Part shown: positions 25,701 to 31,870 of the stretch, piece by piece
Numbering within the stretch: the first letter of the stretch is position 1
How the letters are laid out: each line of letters starts with the position of its first letter
Origin: Thermoplasmatota archaeon
GTDB taxonomy: Archaea > Thermoplasmatota > E2 > JACPAO01 > JAHFTW01
Reading direction: 5' to 3'
Length of the DNA: 33,247 bases
Assembly (NCBI GenBank): GCA_041624075.1
Contig: JBFJVP010000001.1
Span: 1-33,247, forward strand
Translations under genes and position numbers: made by a program
The notes under the pieces: model-generated
The model's database searches: none
Seen by the model: only the letters and a program-made list of their open reading frames with translations
What the model was told of the DNA's origin: nothing

Positions 25701-28446
25701 AAATCGTAGCGTCGTCCGTGTCCCCCGCAGCACCAGTGAGGCTCGTCACAACGCTGGAGGGGTGGCCGTCCGCATCGCCGTACGGCGCGGCCAAGGTCCA
25801 GTCCGCTGCACGCAGGGTCGAAGCGCCAGCAAACGAATCACGAATGGCCCGATCGAAAGTCACCTCGATGGCATCGATGTAACCGTTGCCGTCCCGATCA
25901 AGCGTCTTGGCTGCACTGATGGCAGGCGCGTCCGGATTGGTGAGCTTGACCATCAGGGGTGCGACCGGCAAGCCATCCGACTGGCCGACGATCTTGGCCA
26001 CAACGGCGCCGACGGTGTCACGGTTGATATCACCTGAAGCCACGGGCGCATTGAAGTCCAACAATGCCCGGGCGCCATCCGTGGCGGCGTTGTGACTGAC
26101 ACCGGAAATGGCCGTCGCCCCACCGCTGTTGACGTTGATGAACGCCAGCGCGTCAGAGGTAAGGTCGCCGCCGATGGCGAGTTCGACCGGCTCACTGAAC
26201 AGGACCATGCCACCACTGGAACCCGGTGTCGCCAGGATCTTGGTGATGATCGGGGCCACGCCGTCGTCGACGCGCAACTGGAAAGCCTCAGCGGGCACGC
26301 CCGCCAAGTCCTTGAGGGTCGCCGCAGGCGTGTAGTGGAGAATCGGTCGGATCGCGGTGTCAGACAATCCCGATTCCGGGATCTTGACCGACACGTATGT
26401 GTCATTCTCAACGTCGGTCGTAAACCCTGAGGCCAATTGGGTACTCACAGTCCACGTGTTTCCGTCGTCCTCCACACTAAACTCATCGGCATCCAGCGTG
26501 GAATCGTCGATGGGCTCGCTGAACACGACACCCACGGCGTCGACTTGCCCGTCACCGTCACGATCCTCCGTCGCCAAAGACTCAACGACCGGCGGCGCAC
26601 CGTCGATAGACGCCACATCCGCCTCGTCAGCCATGACATTCCCCAACAGATCCACCAACGCAGTGCCCGTGTAGGTAACCGTCGGGGTGGAAGCGGTGTC
26701 GAAGCCTGCCGCCACGCCATCGAAGTTGAGGTACAAACGGTCAATGTTGCCGACGGGTGTCGACGCACCAAGAGGCGCAGCGGTCACCGAATCCGGCGCG
26801 CCGACGCCGTCGATGTTCCAGAGAGTCGCGTCAAACGCGCCGTTGACCGACTTGTCGAAGAACTCCGTCAGCAGAACCTCGAGCGCGTCGATCGAGCCGC
26901 TGCCGTCCCCGCGCGTCGTTACGCGCTCGATACTGGGAGCCGTCGTGTCGACCAAGTCAAGGGACGTAGCCGGCACGACGATTCCTCCACCTCCGGGAGC
27001 AAACGCCTCGTCAGCCAAGATCTCGACCGCGAGCACGGAGCCACCGCCGACGCCGGCGTCCGTGGGACTCACCTTGTCATCAAAGGTGATCAGCGCCTCC
27101 GAGTCGCCGGCTTGGTGTGAAACCGACACGATGGACGTAACCGTTCCGCCCGGAACCTGGTGCACGGTAAAGGAAGTCTCGTTGAGCCCTCGCCCGTCGG
27201 CGTTCTCAACAGGTCCGTTGAAGACCATGGTAGCAACCTTGGATCCAATGGAACCCGTTAGGTCCGTGGCCTTCGGGGAGTCGATCGTGAGTGTGACTGC
27301 GGGGCCGGGGTTGCCGTGCTCGTCCTCAGCCGCGCCTTCCACGATACCAAGGGTGTCGGCGCCGAGGCCTGCTGCGGTGATCGCCGCATCCAGTTCGACC
27401 GTTGCCATAGCATCGCCAGCGGTATGAGACACGGAAGTGATCCCATCACCGGCGGCGCCGCCGTTGTATGTGAAAGAGTTGGCATCCAAGGCGGTCGCGG
27501 ACGCCTCGTGCAGAACCACCAGAACCTGAGCGCTGTCAACGGCGCCACTGGCAACGACGGGAACGGGTCCAGCCCCATCGGTTTCCGTGACGCCATCGGA
27601 GGCCAGCGCAGCAAGGGCGTTGCCGTAGACATCCGTGAGAGTGCCGGGTGTGTAGGTGATGTCAGGAATGGCATCGGTACCGCGAACGTCCGGGAAGGAG
27701 ACGATGATCACGGCATCGTTGGCCGCGTCGCCGGTGGAAGAACCCGTGGGCGGCGCGCCGTTGACCATGAAATCGGCTACCGCCACGGAGGAATCGAGGA
27801 TCGATTCGCTGAACGTGATCTCAATGGCATCGTAGGCGCCATCGGCGTTCAGGTCACGGGCCACTGCCGCGTCGACGGCGGGCGGGTCAACATCAAGCGT
27901 AACCGTGAGCGTCGCGGTGTTGATACGGCCGCCAGCGTGTTGGCTGCGAACCTGAACGTCCAGCGTGTCGCCATCCGAAAACACGCCAGAGGTCTGCAAG
28001 GCGACCGTGAAGGTTTGGCTGGAACCTGCCGGAATCGTGCTTCCCGTAAAGGAGAGCACATTGCGGCCGCCGGCTCCAGTGTTGTCGGCCGACGCGGCCC
28101 ACCCTGTCGCGCCGGAATCAGCGGCGCTGAAGGTGGCAGTCCGGTCGCCAGTGTTGACACGGAACTCCACCAGGTTGTAAGCGTCGCCGCCCGAGTCGTC
28201 GGGGAGCGCGTTCTGGGGATTGGACACCGTAATGTCCCGGCTGAAGATCGAGCCGGCCCCGATGGTCACGCCGGTTGGCGAGATCGTCATGGCAGGGTGG
28301 AGGTTCGCGTCGGTGTGCGTGGCGGCCGCTGGCAAGGCCGTCAACAGGACGGCCATTGGAGCCATGACAAGCAGGGCTACAATCAGCGTGGCAGTCAGCG
28401 GGCTTGCAGATGGCGACCCGGTGGTCGCCTGGATGGCTCGGTTCAC
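19741..28446 (-). CDS. giant surface protein B (2901 aa), paralog of A: signal peptide, 11 DxDxDG-bearing Ig-like modules alternating with a second module type, 3 FN3 plus 2 FN3-associated modules, TM anchor, acidic tail, C-terminal zinc ribbon
   Basis: The start is GTG 28446 (GAGGGT SD-like element upstream), with signal LTATLIVALLVMAPMAVLLTALPAAA. FN3 hallmarks are present (LTLQWTTP...YHFAMKTTDRVGN, VLTWTAPGDD...YWVALRAIDQVEN, VTLRWGATG...YHFALRVLDGAGN). The TM is WGWILIGLGALAVVALLVALIVVA (20044-20115). A 100-aa acidic tail ends in CPSCAADFAVEGERPLTTTCPSCG. Confidence 0.88.
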   Translation of the reverse strand: MNRAIQATTGSPSASPLTATLIVALLVMAPMAVLLTALPAAATHTDANLHPAMTISPTGVTIGAGSIFSRDITVSNPQNALPDDSGGDAYNLVEFRVNTGDRTATFSAADSGATGWAASADNTGAGGRNVLSFTGSTIPAGSSQTFTVALQTSGVFSDGDTLDVQVRSQHAGGRINTATLTVTLDVDPPAVDAAVARDLNADGAYDAIEITFSESILDSSVAVADFMVNGAPPTGSSTGDAANDAVIIVSFPDVRGTDAIPDITYTPGTLTDVYGNALAALASDGVTETDGAGPVPVVASGAVDSAQVLVVLHEASATALDANSFTYNGGAAGDGITSVSHTAGDAMATVELDAAITAAGLGADTLGIVEGAAEDEHGNPGPAVTLTIDSPKATDLTGSIGSKVATMVFNGPVENADGRGLNETSFTVHQVPGGTVTSIVSVSHQAGDSEALITFDDKVSPTDAGVGGGSVLAVEILADEAFAPGGGGIVVPATSLDLVDTTAPSIERVTTRGDGSGSIDALEVLLTEFFDKSVNGAFDATLWNIDGVGAPDSVTAAPLGASTPVGNIDRLYLNFDGVAAGFDTASTPTVTYTGTALVDLLGNVMADEADVASIDGAPPVVESLATEDRDGDGQVDAVGVVFSEPIDDSTLDADEFSVEDDGNTWTVSTQLASGFTTDVENDTYVSVKIPESGLSDTAIRPILHYTPAATLKDLAGVPAEAFQLRVDDGVAPIITKILATPGSSGGMVLFSEPVELAIGGDLTSDALAFINVNSGGATAISGVSHNAATDGARALLDFNAPVASGDINRDTVGAVVAKIVGQSDGLPVAPLMVKLTNPDAPAISAAKTLDRDGNGYIDAIEVTFDRAIRDSFAGASTLRAADWTLAAPYGDADGHPSSVVTSLTGAAGDTDDATIFLILAEETTEKPDGDTAERPAINYLAGRIVDHNGHPLGQVTSQAVTDGALPRLMRVQGNPGSTQAELFFSEGVRGTGSNNALTVANLQYLNRNGVAAGSIASITHSSGDRTATITLNRALSATGADHGLGGSVSDTIQPRTTVTETSAAGGKAVVGGVAVEITDTQAPEIESIVTRDDPGAPDGRIDQLIVTFTEPIEDGALDLDQWTIQAPYGDANDHPISIETGAVADDAVIILRLAPISSGTDTEVTPDVSFAATAGIADLLGNLLEDFSDREATDGAAPVVMGMQTRDLDDDGRIDAILVEFSENVADSSFDPDDWVVADTSGFWATAQPAIGAQVGDDGAVNDAFILVPFAESSRFDTSLAPDVTHAAGGSLTDSAGNVVGALQMTASDGAPAVIGALGGTPGSATVEVRFSEAVRARDGGALGVASFTFVNSASGGATGIDGVSHVEGDDFAILTLDALLNAADFDEDRIGAAPNAVQEYRSGTCGPAVDCLISPDTEVSFVDLNGPVVVEAITLDVDANGRIDAIRVTFDEAIQDGVGNANLVAADWKIVRAGGDVAAISVLTQHPNFLAGADDVDDDTIFITFAEAASGYDTASTPSVRYTPGSAGRVIDHDGHIFGGRTFATTDGAMPIVVGAKTLDVDGDGLIDGYAVTASEALEDGSLDDVLWSVAGATVTNVDTGATADDDVVRVLFDELSALHTGSLPDLSYLGGDGVTDLVGNNLHAVSAGAAAAGGLDEADGAAPVIVKAVTQDVDEDGYLDHVIVTFSEAIDDGGAATLDKSEWGLPASLADARGRPLAIGTGSAAGDDKIQLDFVDPVADAAHNTGFLPTITYTPTATIADAAGNKMLAASHQAIDGAKPIISKMATLDRDDDGLIDGIQVTFSEDIDDRTEGIPHLVPSQWTLAAPYGDANNQPTGVQTTLTTGSVDDALVYLLFDEVGTAGTNFDTAATPAVSLSAATTLKDLSGNGVGGALTHTPKDQVAPRLLTATTADLNGNGLIDGYELEFSEAIDDSTFKPGEWAVEGTSVDDFLTGASVDDAQITVTFVESSVLDTGAKPQLTYTPTATLTDLAGNGLRAIGTAAITEIDGVAPQFLRAVSSGLQSQHVDLEFSEPIQPVGASFALTDFVYTDVSGDGASGLTSITPHTSGRKLSVSLNGPFAESDNEKDTIGVLADKIKDAADNRVAATTHPVKADLTPPSQITDLAVKADTLARRALTLQWTTPSAPDVASFELRQSTSEITSTTFGSATVVAGLPAPTPGAMQELQLTGLTPNTKYHFAMKTTDRVGNVAQMSNVLAVTTVADTVAPGKITDLGVKTGSVVGNGAVLTWTAPGDDAFESDPADRYDIRISQTEITAANFAQATAVTPPPAPQTGGTSQEFSLTGLTTETKYWVALRAIDQVENTGEVSNVISFTTTKDSTPPAGQPVVSSSTHTSGVPSTTKVPVVSWTAVSDPDSAVVYRYKLSTQATYTVTATDTETTQTTVTLPSQEDGTYYFHVAAMSDGGASQAAPFQIIIDTVAPGAVTVQSPAADDITATTVTLRWGATGNNGNTGTATAYELRYSSAAITASNFASATAVNGLPAPKASGQAEAFTVTGLAPKTTYHFALRVLDGAGNAGPVSSSVSAVTKEDTTPPTGTLTITSETHGAGFISTLRSGTFKWSGVSDPETSLRFHYAVNTQEDYTVVATDEQTTATEVTLDSLANGRRYLHVRAASDGGLGPQDTYAFSVLALTSQDLAKLREEVQLTVERVEGGNRIKWVLPDDLPAAVKGLQVWYSNSPYQLLKTLQDTDPEFTSAALLHTGEQAKVSTQYIVTLFFGDSEELGKFSDANNTVVFPSGLKGDTVVVDESGFPTWGWILIGLGALAVVALLVALIVVARRRDQDAMEEDDPVAYRWGADEWDQSEWSDEGAADDVEAEVENVPPTHEPYVTASGNGMAMAMLPVHDVECPSCAADFAVEGERPLTTTCPSCGVRGVLS

Positions 28447-28696
28447 GGTGGACCCTCGTTCAGTGGCGTCGAATCAGGGATGAAACCCTGGGTTCCACTG
28501 CCGGATGTGCCCCTCCAGTGGACTTGGCCCATTAAAAGGCCATCGAACGGTTTTGGCCCGTCTTCAGGAGGAAGGGCCGGTTCGACGGCGAGCTACACCA
28601 CCTGCGGCGGCAGCCCTGAAAACGCACACGGCAGCGGCTGAGACGAAGTGGGCAGAGGAGATTGGTTTGGAAGCGTCCGCAGGTGCGGGCGGCGTT

Positions 28697-29980
28697 CTAG
28701 AGACTGTCGTCAACGTCCGGGCCGGCGACTTGGCCCCATTGGCGTTCGCCCTTGGTGATCGCGCCCGTTTCGTCGATGGTCCAGATGGAGTAGAAGCCGT
28801 ACGCTGCGCGCAGGCCGTCGCCGTCGCGGTCCCGCATGGTCATGCGGTCGGGCTCCTGGGGCACCTGGAAGGCCAGCGGCAGGGGCAGTGCATCGCGACC
28901 CACCGGGATGGTGAAGGTACGCTCGATGGTGCGCTCCATGAGCCGGTTGGCGTTGGAGTAGCTGGTCGGGTTGCGGGTTTCGCCCATGTGGAAGGCGATC
29001 TGGTTGTCTTCGACGCGGATGTCGAGGATGACCGGTTCACCGTCGTGGCGGCCTGCCACGGGGTCCGTGGGGTTGCTAAAGAGCAGCACGGGGTTGTAGA
29101 CGGCAACGCCGCGCAGCGACAAGGGATGCAGGACCGGGATGCCGTCCAGTTCGCACAGAATCCAGTCTTCGAGGACGGCGAAGCGGGGGTCGCGGATGCC
29201 TTCGACGGGTGCGCGGCAGACGTCGGTGCGCTCGCCATCCACCGAGACCGTCTGCTCCAGCAGCCAGGGCAAGCCGTCGCCGTCCTGGTCAGCCGGGTCG
29301 GAGTTGCGGTCGTCCGGGTTGCTGCCGGCATCGACCTCGTCCTTGTCGTTGAAGCCGTCGCAGTCGCGGTCGCCGGGCACACTGCATGCGCGCAGGGGGT
29401 CGCTGCCGGCGCCGACCTCGATGCCGTCGTCAAAGCCGTCGCCGTCCGTGTCCGCCAGGGTGGGACGAGTGCCGTAGAGGTTCTCTTCGTGCCCGTCCCA
29501 GAGGCCATCGCCGTCGGTGTCGGCGTTGTGGGGGTTGGAGCGCGTGAAGAATTCGCGCACGTTGGTCATCTCGTCGTTGTCGGGGTCACCGTTGGGGTCA
29601 GCCGACAGATCTCCAAAGTGGGTGCGCTCCCAGTCATCCCAGAGCCGGTCGCAGTCCAGGTCGACGGGGCGGCAGTAGAACAGGCAGGGGTCGCTGCCGG
29701 CGGCCACTTCTTCACCGTCCAGGAAGCCGTCGCGGTCGGTGTCAGCCTTGTCTGGGTTGCTGCACGTCTCATCCGCGTTGGGAAGGCCATCACCGTCGCG
29801 GTCGATGGGCGTCGACAGCGGATTCAACGGGTCGCTGCTGGCCATGATTTCGTACGCGTCACTAAAGCCGTCGCCATCGAGGTCGGGCAGCGGCGCCTTG
29901 TCGAGGCCATTGGCAGCCCCGGGAAGAGCCAGCGTGAGAACAACCGCGAATGCAGCGAGGACTTGGAATCGTACGACCAT
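28697..29980 (-). CDS. secreted TSP3-repeat protein with a C-terminal domain of unknown function
   Basis: 427 aa from ATG 29980, with signal MVVRFQVLAAFAVVLTLALPGAANG. The N-terminal half has DxDxDG repeats (DLDGDGFSD, DRDGDGLPN, DTDRDGFLDG, DTDGDGLWDG, DTDGDGFDDG, DRDCDGFND, DQDGDGLP). The last 190 aa or so form a non-repetitive domain. Confidence 0.85.
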   Translation of the reverse strand: MVVRFQVLAAFAVVLTLALPGAANGLDKAPLPDLDGDGFSDAYEIMASSDPLNPLSTPIDRDGDGLPNADETCSNPDKADTDRDGFLDGEEVAAGSDPCLFYCRPVDLDCDRLWDDWERTHFGDLSADPNGDPDNDEMTNVREFFTRSNPHNADTDGDGLWDGHEENLYGTRPTLADTDGDGFDDGIEVGAGSDPLRACSVPGDRDCDGFNDKDEVDAGSNPDDRNSDPADQDGDGLPWLLEQTVSVDGERTDVCRAPVEGIRDPRFAVLEDWILCELDGIPVLHPLSLRGVAVYNPVLLFSNPTDPVAGRHDGEPVILDIRVEDNQIAFHMGETRNPTSYSNANRLMERTIERTFTIPVGRDALPLPLAFQVPQEPDRMTMRDRDGDGLRAAYGFYSIWTIDETGAITKGERQWGQVAGPDVDDSL

Positions 29981-29983
29981 CAG

Positions 29984-29989
29984 ATCACC
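29984..29989 (-). promoter_or_regulatory. Shine-Dalgarno-like GGTGAT upstream of the 427-aa TSP3 gene
   Basis: The minus strand reads ACAGGTGATCTG-ATG. This supports ATG 29980 over the track start at 30064. Confidence 0.45.
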
Positions 29990-30158
29990 TGTTGCCCACA
30001 ATTGACGATGGGCAAACGGCTCCACCCCTGCGCTTTCATTTAGACATTGCCGGTCTTCCCTCACCTTATGGCGCCACCCAACTAACGCACCAGCAGCCGC
30101 CGCTGCTTTCTTTTCAAGTCGTCAAACGTTTGATGACGTTTTCATGCAGCAAAGCGTC

Positions 30159-31832
30159 TCAATATCGGCGCGTTGCCTGGGCTTTGCCGCTGGCCGAATC
30201 CACGGAAAACGCCGTGTTTCCCTGCGCTCCGTAGAACCGGTACACCACCTCGTTGGGCTGAACATGCTGTTCGAACGGGTAGGACAACACCACGGTCACT
30301 TCCGTTCCAGCACCGGGGTTGGTTACCGCCACGCCGTAGTCTATGGTCCGCCGGGTGCGCAGCAGGAACGACGGCACGACGTGCGAAAACGCCGCCGAGC
30401 AATCCGAACCAGCCGTGATCGCCTGCCGCGCCAGGGTCTGGCGATTCACGCACAACTTGCCATTGACATCTGTAGGCACGCCGTCCACCCGATCCGTCAC
30501 GTGGCGATCGAGGCGCACCGGATCCGTGCCTGGCTGGTACGTGTAATTGACCGAGATCGCAGTGCTCCAACCGGAGTCCTCCGCGGACACGGGCAGCCTC
30601 CGTAGCAACAGGTAATCGGCGGGCTGGATTCCAAACGCATTGAGCGCGCGATCCACGGAGTAAGCGTCGTCCGAGGGGTCACTGCTTAAGCCGATGCCGC
30701 TCACGTCGACGGGCATCCATGCCGACTGAGCTGCGATGGGCCCTGCGTAGAACTCAACCCATGCGTGGAAGCCCTGCACCTCGCCGGCGATGTAACCTGA
30801 AACAATGCGCGCCGGAACCCCTGCCGCCCGCAGGAGACTTGCATACAGAGCCGCCAGATCCCGGCAGACGCCTCCGCCGGCTTCCATGGTTTGGCGCGGC
30901 GTCAACAGGTTGCTTTCAGACAGCCGCGCCTCGTCGTATTCCAGTTCATCCACCATCCAGCGAAACAGCGCAAACGCCGCCTCGCCCGTCGTCATGCCTG
31001 CCGAAACCACCTCGTTGGCAACCTGCTTGACCTGTGGATCATCCGGGGTCACGGACAGGCTCGCCTGCAAGTAGTCAGGAGCCGCTGCCGCAGCCACGCT
31101 ACGATCCACGTAGCGGGAGAGGTCACTGATATCCCACAGGCGAACCTCGTTGCGGTACCGCGCAACGATGCCCATGGAAAACCGGCCATCGGGCAAGTCC
31201 AAGGCGGAGCCGACCCAAACCTGAACGGTGGCATGATACTCCAGGCCCGCCCGATCGACCACGACCACGCGGAAAACGTGCAGGCCATCAGTCAAGCCGC
31301 GAAGCGTATGGGGCAACTGCTGGGCCACGACCGCACCCGTGGCCGCGTCCTCGATGCGAACCGACTCCGTATCAGGAGGCAGCACCGCCGACAGGGTCAC
31401 TTGCCCCGAGGGGGCGTCATGCGTCCGGACGAGGCCGACGGGTTCCGGGGGCGTGGAGTCCACGCGAACCGGCTCAAAGGCTCGCCACAAGCGGCCATCC
31501 AGGGTCACCTCGACGCGCCATACGCCATCCGGCAGCTCCAGCGTCGCCTCGTCAACTCCCTCCGCCGACACGGAAGCCACGCCATCCAATTGGCTGGCAG
31601 CCATCCGAATCTGAACGGGCTCAGCATACACCACCTGAACAACGACGGTGCCCCGCGTGTTCCAACCCTCAGTGTCCAGCGGCGTCATCAAGATCTGGTC
31701 GTAGCGTGGCCCCCCAATGCCCTCCACGAAATCCTGCACGGTGTCCAGGCAGCCCGCCAAGGACACGCCGAACAGGATCGCCAGCATGATCGATGCGCGC
31801 ACGGAACGCTTCACAAGGCACGACGTGCGCAT
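30159..31832 (-). CDS. transglutaminase-core (Cys-His-Asp) domain lipoprotein
   Basis: 557 aa from ATG 31832, with signal and lipobox MRTSCLVKRSVRASIMLAILFGVSLAGC. The core is GGGVCRDLAALYASLLRAAGVPARIVSGY ... GFHAWVEFY ... WMPVDVSG. It is flanked by beta-rich N- and C-terminal domains. ATG 31787 is an alternative start. Confidence 0.85.
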   Translation of the reverse strand: MRTSCLVKRSVRASIMLAILFGVSLAGCLDTVQDFVEGIGGPRYDQILMTPLDTEGWNTRGTVVVQVVYAEPVQIRMAASQLDGVASVSAEGVDEATLELPDGVWRVEVTLDGRLWRAFEPVRVDSTPPEPVGLVRTHDAPSGQVTLSAVLPPDTESVRIEDAATGAVVAQQLPHTLRGLTDGLHVFRVVVVDRAGLEYHATVQVWVGSALDLPDGRFSMGIVARYRNEVRLWDISDLSRYVDRSVAAAAAPDYLQASLSVTPDDPQVKQVANEVVSAGMTTGEAAFALFRWMVDELEYDEARLSESNLLTPRQTMEAGGGVCRDLAALYASLLRAAGVPARIVSGYIAGEVQGFHAWVEFYAGPIAAQSAWMPVDVSGIGLSSDPSDDAYSVDRALNAFGIQPADYLLLRRLPVSAEDSGWSTAISVNYTYQPGTDPVRLDRHVTDRVDGVPTDVNGKLCVNRQTLARQAITAGSDCSAAFSHVVPSFLLRTRRTIDYGVAVTNPGAGTEVTVVLSYPFEQHVQPNEVVYRFYGAQGNTAFSVDSASGKAQATRRY

Positions 31833-31870
31833 CACCGGGTTATACCATTTGCCTTGGAGCGATCCCACGC

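Noticed and set aside
15639-28641. Many 100-440-aa plus-strand ORFs overlapping surface proteins A and B (for example 17296-18327, 21544-22878, 24349-25443, 27316-28641)
   Set aside because: They are Arg/Ser/Pro-rich shadow frames typical of high-GC DNA. The minus-strand frames carry FN3 and Ig-like modules, TM anchors and paralogy between A and B.
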